Both the position numbers and the translations under genes were made by a program. The notes below the pieces were generated by a model. The model worked only from the letters and a program-made list of their open reading frames with translations, was not told the DNA's origin and searched no databases. From Acidimicrobiia bacterium (lineage in GTDB: Bacteria > Actinomycetota > Acidimicrobiia > Spongiisociales > Spongiisociaceae), in assembly GCA_041576165.1 (NCBI GenBank), contig JBFGLM010000032.1:1-56140 (forward strand): a stretch of 56,140 nt of DNA, in the 5' to 3' direction. This document shows, one piece after another, positions 40,723 to 50,272 of this stretch; position 1 is the stretch's first letter; each line of letters begins with the position of its first letter.

Positions 40723-41396
40723 GCGCCGGTTCTGAGGAAGCCGGGGCGACCTCGGTGATCGCCATCGACGGGCCGGGTGGGGTTGGTAAGACGTCTGTCA
40801 GCCGCGGCGTGGCCGCGGCGTTGGAGTGGGATCACCTCGATACCGGCGCCTACTACCGGGCTGCAACAGTCTCGATCCTCATTCAACGGATCGATCCCCG
40901 CGATGACGACCGCGTTGCGTCCGCACTGGCAAATGCCAGCTTCTCCTATGAGGACGGGGTGATGTTGCTCGAGGGTGTCGACGTGAGCGAAGCGATTCGC
41001 ACCGAGATCGTGACCCGAAACGTCAGCGCAGTGGCTGCCAACCGCCGAGTACGGCGCATCCTGGTCCATCACCAGCAATGCTGGGTTGAAGGCCGGCCGG
41101 GTACTGTGGCGGAGGGACGCGACATGGGCACGGTGGTGTTTCCCCACGCCCCTCTCAAGGTCTTCCTCACAGCCCGTCCCAAGATTCGAGCTGCCCGCCG
41201 GGCCGGCGAAACCGACCCGGCTGCGATCGATCGGATCGCCGCCGATTTGGCCCGGCGCGATCAGATCGACTCGAGCCGGCAGGCCTCCCCATTGGACGTC
41301 GCAGACGATGCCGTGGTCGTGGACACCTCAGATCTCGCAAAAGAAGAAGTCATCGATCGGATCGTGCAGCTGGCTCGTCAGCGCGGTCTGGGTTGA
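40719..41396 (+). CDS. cmk: Cytidylate kinase
   Basis: AIDGPGGVGK, DTGAYYR and EGRDMGTVVFP motifs. Confidence 0.94.
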   Translation: MSAGSEEAGATSVIAIDGPGGVGKTSVSRGVAAALEWDHLDTGAYYRAATVSILIQRIDPRDDDRVASALANASFSYEDGVMLLEGVDVSEAIRTEIVTRNVSAVAANRRVRRILVHHQQCWVEGRPGTVAEGRDMGTVVFPHAPLKVFLTARPKIRAARRAGETDPAAIDRIAADLARRDQIDSSRQASPLDVADDAVVVDTSDLAKEEVIDRIVQLARQRGLG

Positions 41397-41413
41397 CCGG
41401 TAGATCCGGCCCA

Positions 41414-42463
41414 TCAGGCGGTCCGCAGCATCTCGAGTGCGCCGGCGGCTGTCCATTCCCGGTCGCGAGCAAGCGGGCCGGTCTCATCGGACGGTCGGGC
41501 ATGCATGCCGCCGACCACTGCGTGCTCGAGCGCGGTCACGAAGCTGCGCAGTTGCGGCGGCAGGGGAAAGTACTCACCCTCGGTGACGGTCTGGAACAAC
41601 TCGACGCCGTCGCCGGGATCCAGAGCCTCGATGACCTCCTCGACCAGATGGTCCGGGGCCGACGCCCCGGCGGTGACGCCCACGACTGACGCCCCTGTCA
41701 GCCACTTCGGGTCGATCCCGCCGGCGTGGTCGACGCGGTACGCATTGGTGCCGGCTTCCTCCGACGTTCGAACCAGTGCCTGGGTATTCGACGAGTTTGT
41801 CGACCCGACCACCAGGATCAGGTCGCATTTCGCCGCCATGTCCCGTACGGCATCCTGCCGATTGGTGGTGGCGTAGCAAAGGTCGCTCTTGCGGGCGGTC
41901 GCAACATCCGGATAGGCCTCACGGGCCGATACGAGCACGCTCTGCCACTCGTGCATCCCCAGGGTGGTTTGCGCCAGCAACGCCACCTTGGTCGGGTCGC
42001 TCGCCCGGAAGTCGGCCAGGCCTCGCTCCGGTTCGACCAGGGTGATCGACTCGGGCGCCTCTGCGACGGTTCCCACCGCCTCGTCGTGGCCTTCATGGCC
42101 GACATAGATGATGTCGAAGCCTCGCTCGGCCATCTTCTTCACTTCGTGGTGGACCTTCGTAACCAGAGGGCAGACCGCATCGATGACAACGCCGGCCTGC
42201 TGTTCGGCGCCCCGGACCACATCGGGCGCAGAGCCATGCGCGCTGAGCATCACGGGAGCACCCGCAGGTACCTCGTCGATCGAATCGACGAACACCACCC
42301 CGGCGCGCTCGAACGCGTCGACCACCCATCGGTTGTGAACGATCTCGTGATAGCAGTAGACCGGCGGCTCGAAGATGTGAACCATCCAGGTCAGCGCCTT
42401 GATCGCCATCTCGACGCCGGCACAGAATCCGCGGGGTTCGGCCAGCAAGACCTTATCGACCAT
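41414..42463 (-). CDS. ispH: 4-hydroxy-3-methylbut-2-enyl diphosphate reductase
   Basis: PRGFCAGV, VHN, DAVCPLV, CYATTNRQ, NSSN and TAGASAP motifs. Confidence 0.95.
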   Translation of the reverse strand: MVDKVLLAEPRGFCAGVEMAIKALTWMVHIFEPPVYCYHEIVHNRWVVDAFERAGVVFVDSIDEVPAGAPVMLSAHGSAPDVVRGAEQQAGVVIDAVCPLVTKVHHEVKKMAERGFDIIYVGHEGHDEAVGTVAEAPESITLVEPERGLADFRASDPTKVALLAQTTLGMHEWQSVLVSAREAYPDVATARKSDLCYATTNRQDAVRDMAAKCDLILVVGSTNSSNTQALVRTSEEAGTNAYRVDHAGGIDPKWLTGASVVGVTAGASAPDHLVEEVIEALDPGDGVELFQTVTEGEYFPLPPQLRSFVTALEHAVVGGMHARPSDETGPLARDREWTAAGALEMLRTA

Positions 42464-42583
42464 GCCCGCCATGGTACCGGTCCGCCATCTGAAGTTGGGG
42501 CCGACCGGGCTGGCGTGCGCGACCGCTGTGCGACGAACGTGGGGGAGGCAATATGCTCCCTCACCTATGAGCGGAACGCCACG

Positions 42584-43930
42584 ATGACCGAAAACATGGA
42601 CGCCGCGGTCGGCCGGTTGCCGGTCGTGGCCGTGGTCGGACGGCCGAACATCGGGAAGTCGACGCTGGTCAACCGAATTCTGGGCCGGCGGGCGGCTGTT
42701 GTGGAGGAGCAGCCGGGTGTCACCCGGGACCGGCGCGAGTTCGATGCCGAATGGCAGGGGCGGCCGTTCGTGTTGATCGACACAGGCGGCTGGCAGGTTG
42801 CCGGCGAAGATCACCTGGTGGCCGATATCCGCCAGCAGGCAGAAGCTGCCATGGGGGTCGCCGACGTCGTCTTGTTCCTGGTCGATGCCCAAGCTGCCAT
42901 CTCTGATGATGATGCGGCTGTGGCCGATCTGCTCCGCCCGGCGGCTGAGCGAGTGATCCTGGTGGCGAACAAGGTCGACAACGACAGGATCTCCGCGTCA
43001 GTGCCTGACTTCTATCGGCTCGGTTTGGGCGATCCGATGCCGGTCAGCGCCATCCACGGGCATGGAGTGGCCGATCTGCTGGATCAGGTCGTCACCCGGT
43101 TCCCGGAGGCGGCCGGCGAACCTGATGCCGGAGGCGACATCCCCATGCTGGCCATCGTCGGGCGGCCCAATGTAGGCAAATCGACACTGCTGAACTGGCT
43201 GGTCGGCGAGACCCGGGTCGTGGTGTCGCCGGTTCCCGGCACGACCCGGGATCCCATCGATGCCGTAGTAGACATCGACGGGCAGCCGTTTCGGGTAGTG
43301 GACACTGCCGGCATCCGGCGGGCGCCGCGGGTCGACGAGGACGTCGAGTACTACTCGGTACTCCGGGCCAAGGAAGTACTGGCCGACGCAGACGTTGCGG
43401 TTCTCATGATCGATTCGCTCGAAGGGGTGACCCATCAGGATCAGCGCATCGCCGAAGAGGCCTCCCGGGCGGGTCCCGGAGTCGTCGTGCTCCTCAACAA
43501 ATGGGATGCAGCCGACCCCGAACAGCGGGCGTGGACCACCGATGGAGTGGGGGACCGGTTCGGGTTCCTGTCGTGGGCTCCCGTCATCCGGGCCTCTGCC
43601 CTCACCGGCGCCCGCCTCAAGCGGCTCGGCCCTGCCCTCGAAGTGTGCCTCGAAAACCGCAACCGTCGTGTCCCCACCGGTCGTCTCAACCGCCTCGTGA
43701 GACAGTGGAGCCAGGCCCACCCGCCGCCCGTGCGGAAGGGCCGCCGGCCAAAGATCCTCTATGCCGTCCAGGCGGGGACCGGTCCGCCGACGATCGTGCT
43801 TTTTGTGAGCGGTGGCGAGCTAGGACCGGATTACCTGCGTTTCATAGAGAACCGGCTGCGGCGCGAGTTCGATTTCACCGGCACACCTATCCGGCTGCTG
43901 GCGCGCCGCCGGAAATCGGGCGCAGCGTGA
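42584..43930 (+). CDS. der: Ribosome biogenesis GTPase Der/EngA
   Basis: Two GTPase domains (GRPNIGKS/DTGG/NKVD and GRPNVGKS/DTAG/NKWD) plus a KH-like tail. Confidence 0.96.
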   Translation: MTENMDAAVGRLPVVAVVGRPNIGKSTLVNRILGRRAAVVEEQPGVTRDRREFDAEWQGRPFVLIDTGGWQVAGEDHLVADIRQQAEAAMGVADVVLFLVDAQAAISDDDAAVADLLRPAAERVILVANKVDNDRISASVPDFYRLGLGDPMPVSAIHGHGVADLLDQVVTRFPEAAGEPDAGGDIPMLAIVGRPNVGKSTLLNWLVGETRVVVSPVPGTTRDPIDAVVDIDGQPFRVVDTAGIRRAPRVDEDVEYYSVLRAKEVLADADVAVLMIDSLEGVTHQDQRIAEEASRAGPGVVVLLNKWDAADPEQRAWTTDGVGDRFGFLSWAPVIRASALTGARLKRLGPALEVCLENRNRRVPTGRLNRLVRQWSQAHPPPVRKGRRPKILYAVQAGTGPPTIVLFVSGGELGPDYLRFIENRLRREFDFTGTPIRLLARRRKSGAA

Positions 43931-44067
43931 GCGAGCGATCAGATGAGGTGAACGGCGAGGTTGGGCGGCCCCCGATCAGCTTCTGGATCATGATCGTCCT
44001 CGCCGTTCTGTACCTCGGGTGGCGGCTGGTGCAGGGGATTCTGTGGCTGGTCGACCGGATCATGTGA
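43927..44067 (+). CDS. 46-aa single-TM small protein
   Basis: GTGA overlap with der stop; PPISFWIMIVLAVLYLGWRLVQGILWL. Confidence 0.6.
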   Translation: MSERSDEVNGEVGRPPISFWIMIVLAVLYLGWRLVQGILWLVDRIM

Positions 44068-44238
44068 TCGCGATCCGATGATGCCGACAGCTGCTGGGCG
44101 CGCCAGTGCAACATCAACATCTTCGTGGGGCCATTGGGGGTGTTCCCGTGCTTCAACAGCGGCTCGATCGTCGCCGGTGACGGCCGCAACGGGCTGATCA
44201 TCATACGGCTCTCAGCCAGACTGCCGGCGGAGCAGTGA
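44068..44238 (+). pseudogene. Start-less remnant resembling the C-terminus of an LVIVD/choice-of-anchor B beta-propeller protein
   Basis: Reads FVGPLGVFPCFNSGSIVAGDGRNGLIIIRL, similar to the 'GxWGVYPF..SG.I...D...GL.IL' family tail; follows a stop codon with no plausible start. Confidence 0.4.
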
Positions 44239-44251
44239 TCTGGCTGTTGGG

Positions 44252-44303
44252 ATAGGTGAGTGTTTGATCACGCTTGAAATGTGAGTAAACACTCACCTAT
44301 AAT
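44252..44303 (+). promoter_or_regulatory. Sigma70-type promoter with palindromic operator (likely ArsR autoregulation)
   Basis: TTGAAA(44274)-N18-TATAAT(44298); palindrome GTGAGT-AAAC-ACTCAC between the boxes; 14-bp inverted repeat at 44252-44265/44287-44300. Confidence 0.75.
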
Positions 44304-44310
44304 CGGGTGC

Positions 44311-45081
44311 GTGGACGACGTGTTCAGAGCCATCAACGATCCCAGCCGGCGCGTCTTGCTCGATCGCTTGTTCGAGGAAGACGGTCAGTCGTTGGGGGAG
44401 TTGTGTGAGCATCTGCCCGAAATGACCCGCTACGGCGTCATGAACCATCTGCGGGTCCTCGAAGAAGCCGGGCTGGTCACGACCCGCAAGGTGGGTCGGA
44501 GCAAGCACCACTATCTGAATCCCGTCCCGATCAGGCTGATTCATGATCGCTGGATCAGCAAATACGCCGAGCCTCGGGTCGGAGCGATCGCCGGCCTCAA
44601 AGCTCATTTCGAAGGAGGATCACAGCAAATGTCGAAGCCTGTCCACGTGTACAAGGCGTACATCAATGCACCCATGGGTGACGTGTGGGATGCGATCACA
44701 GACGGTGACAAGACCGTCCAGTATTTCTACGGCACCCGGGTCGAGTCTGACTGGGAGGTCGGCAGCCCGATTGTGTACACCGACGCCGACGGTGGGGTGG
44801 TGGCTGATGGCGAGATCGTGTCAGTCGATGCTCCCAAGCGGGTCGAAATGACCTTCCAGGCGCGGTGGGACCCGGAGCTGGTCGCCGAGGGGCGCGCGCG
44901 GGAAGCGTGGCTGCTGAACGATGTCAACGGCATGACCGAGCTGACCATCGAGCTGTACGACGTCGCGGTTGACAGCAAGACGTACCGCGACTTCATCGAA
45001 GGCTTTCCCTATATCGTCTCGGGCCTCAAGTCTCTGGTCGAGACCGGTCGAGCGCTGCCCCCGCCCTATCCGCCGGACTGA
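44311..45081 (+). CDS. ArsR/SmtB HTH regulator fused to an SRPBCC (AHSA1/START-like) domain
   Basis: VFRAINDPSRR and HLRVLEEAGLV motifs, then VWDAITD...GLKSLVETG; leaderless GTG 7 nt after TATAAT. Confidence 0.88.
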   Translation: MDDVFRAINDPSRRVLLDRLFEEDGQSLGELCEHLPEMTRYGVMNHLRVLEEAGLVTTRKVGRSKHHYLNPVPIRLIHDRWISKYAEPRVGAIAGLKAHFEGGSQQMSKPVHVYKAYINAPMGDVWDAITDGDKTVQYFYGTRVESDWEVGSPIVYTDADGGVVADGEIVSVDAPKRVEMTFQARWDPELVAEGRAREAWLLNDVNGMTELTIELYDVAVDSKTYRDFIEGFPYIVSGLKSLVETGRALPPPYPPD

Positions 45082-45158
45082 CGGGTCCCCGATGCAGGGG
45101 GCGCGGGTCAACGTGGTACTCGGGGCGAGGGCGCTCCGGCCCGGCGGCCGAATTGGGA

Positions 45159-45195
45159 GATGACGGCGGCTGCGCTTCAGGCGGCCGCCGTCATC
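45159..45195. terminator. Bidirectional hairpin between convergent genes
   Basis: 12-bp perfect inverted repeat GATGACGGCGGC/GCCGCCGTCATC. Confidence 0.65.
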
Positions 45196-45239
45196 GGAGC
45201 GGGGGACGATGCCCGCAGCCGGGTCTATCGCCGGGTCGA

Positions 45240-45929
45240 TCAGCGCGTGGAAGCCACCGCCGGTGTTACGTGGACGAAATGGCTCTTCGGATTCCAGCCC
45301 GGGAACGCGTTGGCGATGGGCCCTAGCCCGACCATCCGGATCCGTCCGTCGTCTACAGCGTCCTGCCATGACAATCGGCCGATGTGCCAATCCACGAACG
45401 CCCGCGCCTCGGCCGAGATCGTGAGATCGCAGTCGAATCCGGGGTCGCTGACGCACACCTCGGCGTTCGGGTGCTCCAGTTTCAGCCAGAAGTAGCGGTG
45501 CCGGGCGGGCCGGTCAACGAAGTCGAACGAAATGACGACTCGCCTGGGGGGTACGTCACCCCACGGGATACCCTGCGCGATCGCCCACAGCACGATGTAT
45601 GGGTCGTACGCCTCCGGCGTCATCTCCAGCCAGCGAGCGCCCCACACCCCCAACCGGTAGCTGACATCGAAGAGCTCTTCGCCCATGTCCGTCAACGTGT
45701 AGCTCCATCCCCGACCCGACGGCTTGCCGGTTCTCTCGAGGATTCCGGCTCGAGTGAGGTGATCGAGCCGGGAGCTGAGGACCGACCGGGGGATCCCCGG
45801 AGCTCCGGCCCGGATTTCTGTGAAGGTCACTGCGCCCAGATGGACGTTGCGGATGATGATTGGGGTCCACCGCTCAGCGAATATCTCAGCGGCGCGGGCG
45901 ATCGGGCAGTACTGGCCATAGGACTTCAT
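45240..45929 (-). CDS. HxlR-family winged-helix regulator with SCP2-like C-terminal domain
   Basis: YGQYCPIARAAEIFAERWT, LSSRL, YTLT..G and DPGFDCDL motifs. Confidence 0.85.
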   Translation of the reverse strand: MKSYGQYCPIARAAEIFAERWTPIIIRNVHLGAVTFTEIRAGAPGIPRSVLSSRLDHLTRAGILERTGKPSGRGWSYTLTDMGEELFDVSYRLGVWGARWLEMTPEAYDPYIVLWAIAQGIPWGDVPPRRVVISFDFVDRPARHRYFWLKLEHPNAEVCVSDPGFDCDLTISAEARAFVDWHIGRLSWQDAVDDGRIRMVGLGPIANAFPGWNPKSHFVHVTPAVASTR

Positions 45930-45960
45930 ACCGCAATTGTGCGTGCTCCCGGCCGATCTT

Positions 45961-45983
45961 TGAAGTCCAGAATCCAGACTTCA
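45961..45983. promoter_or_regulatory. Candidate HxlR operator
   Basis: TGAAGTC-N9-GACTTCA palindrome in the divergent intergenic region. Confidence 0.5.
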
Positions 45984-46014
45984 CGGTCGGTGGAGCGCCG
46001 CACATACTCGGCAC

Positions 46015-47397
46015 ATGCGTATCCGGAACTTTGCAGGACAGGTACTCGTCGAAGGGCAACCTGGATACGACGAGGCGAGGAGAATCTGGAATGCGGACAT
46101 CGATCGGCGGCCGGCGATCGTGGCTCGATGCACCGGGCCGGGCGACGTGGTGGCTGCCTTGGGTCACGCCCGCCGAGAGAGGTTGGCGGTTTCGGTACGG
46201 GGTGGCGGACACGGGGTAGCCGGTTCGGCGATCGTCGACGGCGGTCTGGTCATCGATCTGTCGCATATGCGCAGGATCGAAGTAGACGCGAGCGCGGGCA
46301 CGGTCACTGCGCAGGGGGGCGTGTTGTGGGGCGAACTGGATCAAGCCACCCAGCGGTTCGGTCTGGCCACCGTCGGCGGGATCGTCACTCATACCGGTAT
46401 TGCCGGGCTCACGCTCGGGGGAGGCATGGGTTGGCTATCGCGACGGCACGGTCTGACGGTCGACAATTTGGTGGCGGCCGAGGTGGTGACGGCCGACGGG
46501 CGGGTAATGACCGCTTCGGACCATGAGAACCCCGATCTCTTCTGGGCACTGCGGGGCGGCGGCGGCAACTTCGGAGTGGCGACTGAATTCAGTTACAGAG
46601 TGCATCCGGTCGGTCCGGTGGTCGCGGGACCGATCGTGTGGCCGCTGGACGCGGCGCCTGAGGTGCTGATGGGCCATCAACGGGTCATGCAAAATGCTCC
46701 CCGTGATCTGATGACCGTCCTGGTCTTGCGTCGTGCACCCGCCGGCAAGCCATTTCCGCGGGACCTGCATGTCGTCCCGGTGTGCATGATCATTGCGTGC
46801 TGGTCGGGACAGCCGGAGCTGTCCGATCGCGCCCTTGCGCCACTCCGCTGTATCACGCCCGGCGCTAGAGATCTCACAAGCTCGAAGCCGTACGGTGTCC
46901 ACCAATCAGCACTCGACGAGGGAGTGCCGCCCGGCTGGCATTACTACTGGAAGACGGCACTGTTTGACCACCTGGACGATCGACTGGTTGAGACGATGAC
47001 AGATCACGCCGCCCGCATCGACTCGCCCCGCAGCTACGACATCATCTTTCACCTCGGCGGCGCCGTGCAGGATGTGGCGGAGGATGCAACTGCGTACCCG
47101 AACCGATCGAGCACCTACAACCTCAACATCAACGGCGTGTGGACGGCAGAGGACGGCCCCGAAGTTGGAGCTGCCCAGAAGGCGTGGGTGAGGGCCCATT
47201 ACGAGGCGGTAATGGGCTCCAAACGGGGACAATACGTCAACTTCGTGGATCGGGCGCAGGCGGATGCCGCGGAGCTTGCGTTCGGGAAAGCCAAATATGC
47301 GCGATTGGCCCGGATCAAGGCGCGCTATGACCCGGACAACCTCTTCCGGCACAACGTCAACATCCGGCCGGCGGCAGTAGCGCAAGCGGCGCCCTGA
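46015..47397 (+). CDS. FAD-linked oxidoreductase (VAO/berberine-bridge-enzyme family)
   Basis: RGGGH, GLTLGGG, LRGGGGNFGV and YVNF...KARYDPDNLF motifs. Confidence 0.92.
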   Translation: MRIRNFAGQVLVEGQPGYDEARRIWNADIDRRPAIVARCTGPGDVVAALGHARRERLAVSVRGGGHGVAGSAIVDGGLVIDLSHMRRIEVDASAGTVTAQGGVLWGELDQATQRFGLATVGGIVTHTGIAGLTLGGGMGWLSRRHGLTVDNLVAAEVVTADGRVMTASDHENPDLFWALRGGGGNFGVATEFSYRVHPVGPVVAGPIVWPLDAAPEVLMGHQRVMQNAPRDLMTVLVLRRAPAGKPFPRDLHVVPVCMIIACWSGQPELSDRALAPLRCITPGARDLTSSKPYGVHQSALDEGVPPGWHYYWKTALFDHLDDRLVETMTDHAARIDSPRSYDIIFHLGGAVQDVAEDATAYPNRSSTYNLNINGVWTAEDGPEVGAAQKAWVRAHYEAVMGSKRGQYVNFVDRAQADAAELAFGKAKYARLARIKARYDPDNLFRHNVNIRPAAVAQAAP

Positions 47398-47471
47398 TCC
47401 GTCGCTTTTCGCGGGCCGGTCAGCTCCGCCGTACGAGTGACACGGGCGTGCCCGATAGCCTGTACCGTTCC

Positions 47472-47837
47472 ATGGCCATCGAGAACCGGTTCGAATCAAT
47501 AGACGCGATCACGTTGCACGTGTCGAATATGGCGCGGTCCTTCGCTTTCTACCGGTCGCTGGCTTTCGACGTGGCTTACGGAACGCCCGACGCGGACTTC
47601 GTGAGTCTCCGGGTGGGAGACCAGTTCTTGAACCTGATGCTCGCCGACCCGGAGGGGTGGCGAGGCGGATGGGGGAGGGTGATCATCCACGTCGGCGACG
47701 TCGACACCGTTTACAGTCTGGCGCTGGCGGCGGGTCTCTCTCCGGAGGCGCCACCGCGTGACGCGGAGTGGGGCGAGCGCTACTTCCACCTCGTCGACCC
47801 CGACGGACACGAACTGAGCTTCGCCAGACGGCTCTAG
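47472..47837 (+). CDS. VOC/glyoxalase family protein
   Basis: SFAFY and PRDAEWGERYFHLVDPDGHELSF motifs. Confidence 0.88.
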   Translation: MAIENRFESIDAITLHVSNMARSFAFYRSLAFDVAYGTPDADFVSLRVGDQFLNLMLADPEGWRGGWGRVIIHVGDVDTVYSLALAAGLSPEAPPRDAEWGERYFHLVDPDGHELSFARRL

Positions 47838-48143
47838 CGGGCCAGCCGGCCGCAGCGTCAGCCGGCCGGCAGCAGATATTGCCTGCCTCCCTCACGTCAG
47901 CAACCGGCCTCCGTATGCGCTATTGAGAGGCTTCTACCAGCTGCCAGCCGACCCGACGGCTATTGCGATATCGGGCACCCGGCTGATCGCAACCGATCGC
48001 ACCGGGCGGCGTTTGCGGCGGCAGTTTCGAGTTTCGCTGACGAGCTCGGGACAGGCGTCTGGTCGGATAAGCCTGACCTTCTGACTATCGAGCCGACCCA
48101 CCGGCCGGCGCCACCTGTCCGATGACGTTGCCGGCGCAGTCCG

Positions 48144-48779
48144 TCAGCCGCCCGCCTTGGCCACCAAGGCTTCCATCAAGTTGAAGGCCGCCGCCACAAT
48201 CGGACCGGCCATCGGATCCCCGGCCAGGACCTGGAATGGTCCTTCGCCAAAGTGAAGTCCCCGCGGGGTCAGCATCGCGACCCGGGCGTAACCCTCGGGT
48301 GGGACCCGCGGGCGGACGCCCTCCCACGGTCCGATGTGGGCGACCACTGCAACCCCCGCCGCGAGCAAGGCAGCGGTCGGTTCGGAGAGTGAATCATCCG
48401 GACGGTCCCAGAAGACGCCGCCTCCGCCCGCGTTCAAGTATCGAGCAGTCCCGTCTTCATACGCGGCGATGATTTCGCGCCCGCGCGGGACCCCGACCTC
48501 GACCACGACACTCAATACCCGCAAGGCGTCTTTCGGGTCTGGAGAAACGCCGAGCTCGCGCAAGAAATGATGCGCCTGGAGGCGGAGTCGGGTCTCGATA
48601 TCCGGCAGCGCGAGAATCAAACGCAGTGATTCTTCGGCTGCGGAAGCTCGGCCGGACGCCGTCGCGGCCCTGGCCGCTTCGAACAGCTCGGCGGCTGGCT
48701 CCCCGCCCGCCTTCTGCGGCCACGACTCCCATGGGAGGTCGCCGTACAGGGCAGCAACGATGTTCTGGTCTGATGTCAC
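48144..48779 (-). CDS. Hypothetical protein
   Basis: Protein-like 211 aa ORF (AAYEDGTARYLN, LTPRGLHFGEG); GAGG before GTG 48779. Confidence 0.65.
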   Translation of the reverse strand: MTSDQNIVAALYGDLPWESWPQKAGGEPAAELFEAARAATASGRASAAEESLRLILALPDIETRLRLQAHHFLRELGVSPDPKDALRVLSVVVEVGVPRGREIIAAYEDGTARYLNAGGGGVFWDRPDDSLSEPTAALLAAGVAVVAHIGPWEGVRPRVPPEGYARVAMLTPRGLHFGEGPFQVLAGDPMAGPIVAAAFNLMEALVAKAGG

Positions 48780-48835
48780 CGCAGGAACCTCATGGGAGTA
48801 CGTCGGCTGTGGCCCAGCCCACCTTGACAGGAGAC

Positions 48836-49363
48836 ATGGCAACAAAGCGATCGAGGGTCGCTTGCCCGGCGCGAGCATGGCGTGCTCGCCCATCACATCA
48901 ATCGGGGTGCGGACGACGCCAACCTCGTGAGTGTCTACCTGCCCTGAGCGACGTGGATCAGGCCAAGTCCTACTTTGCCTCACCCGAGATGAAGTCGGCT
49001 ATCGCCGAAGCGGGGGTCGCCGGCCCTCCGGAGGTGATCTGGATGAAGCCGCTTCGGCAAGACGCGACATTGGATCGAGAACTGCCCGGCATGATCGTCA
49101 CCCACACGGTTGATTTGAACGCCTGGTTGGAGAAGTACGACGGCGCAGCCGACCTGCAACGCGCCAACGGCATCATCGGCCAGGCGGCCAACCAGTCGCT
49201 CGATGATCCGTCAATGATCGTCGTGTACCACCAAGCCGAGTCGTTCGACACGCTGCGCGCTTTCATGGCGATGGATGAGCTGCGCTGGAGAATGGAGGAG
49301 GGCGGGGTTACATCCGAACCCGAGGTGACCTACTACAACGGAGGTCGGGGCATGCAGTATTGA
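48836..49363 (+). pseudogene. Degraded tandem dimeric alpha/beta-barrel (ABM/'cyclase'-like) gene
   Basis: Second repeat intact; the homologous part of the first repeat (EHGVLAHHINRGADDANLVSVYL) is in another frame ending at TGA, implying a frameshift and deletion. Confidence 0.6.
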
Positions 49364-49795
49364 GACTCGCCGAGTCCGTCGTATTGCGGCGAGCCGCGAC
49401 TCTGGCGATACGGCTCCGCTAGTTGGGCACGTGCGTCGTGCCGTACCTCTCGTATGTGTCTCGCATCATCCGGCTCCTTGTCGCAGTAGGGCTATCCGTC
49501 GCTGCGCGCGGCGGCACTGATCTCGGTATCGACACGGCCCCGCTCATTGGCGTGTCCCCGGCGCAACGAGGAGAACGATATGCGGCCAGTGGAGACGGTG
49601 CCATCGCCGTCGGACGAGTCGTATCTGGAGATCAGCTATCAGGTTCCGGGGCTGGGTCAGGTGGATCTCGGGCGTCCTGAACCCGGGCTCGCCGCTGCCG
49701 CGGGCAGGCAATCTCAGCTGTGTGGCACTACCGGGTTCGGGAAGTGTCGGTTGCTCGGCGGAGCGGCGGTATCCGGCCAAGTGGAATCAGGCCGC

Positions 49796-49822
49796 TGTCC
49801 TCGAAGGCCTTTGCCGTTCGTA
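49796..49822 (+). promoter_or_regulatory. Candidate ECF42-type promoter
   Basis: TGTCCT-N17-CGTA upstream of the DGPF gene, near the TGTCGA/CGTC-type consensus as recalled. Confidence 0.35.
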
Positions 49823-49869
49823 GGTAGGGTGAACGCGGGAACGGCCCGCATCAAGCTCGAGGAGCAGTC

Positions 49870-50268
49870 ATGAGTCATTACCTGCTGTCCGTCCACAGCA
49901 CTGCGAGTCCAGATCACGATCAGGAGCCGATGACGCCCGAGGTGATGCAGGGGTTCATGGCGCGGGTGATGGCGCTGGAAGCCGAAATGGAGGAGACCGG
50001 CAGCTTCGTTTTCGGTGGTCGCCTGACCGATCCTGATGCCGCGACGGTCGTACGTTCGGAAGAGGGCAGCGCCGTCATGACTGACGGTCCATTTGCCGAA
50101 TCGAAGGAACACATCGCGGGCTTCTACATCATCGATGCAGACGACCTTGATGCGGCGCTCGCCTGGGCCCAGAAGGTGGTGGCAACCATCGGGGCACCGA
50201 TCGAAGTTCGCCCATTTCAGGCCACGGGGAAGGTGGCCGACCAGGCACAACAAATGCCCGGCGCCTGA
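49870..50268 (+). CDS. YciI/DGPF-family protein
   Basis: [18 protein letters not shown] and IEVRP motifs. Confidence 0.9.
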   Translation: MSHYLLSVHSTASPDHDQEPMTPEVMQGFMARVMALEAEMEETGSFVFGGRLTDPDAATVVRSEEGSAVMTDGPFAESKEHIAGFYIIDADDLDAALAWAQKVVATIGAPIEVRPFQATGKVADQAQQMPGA

Positions 50269-50272
50269 GGCG

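Noticed and set aside
48060-48085. Degenerate att-like sequence
   Set aside because: Similarity to the tRNA fragment is too weak.
49400-49860. Short ORFs in the spacer before the DGPF gene
   Set aside because: No recognisable motifs; probably degenerate sequence.
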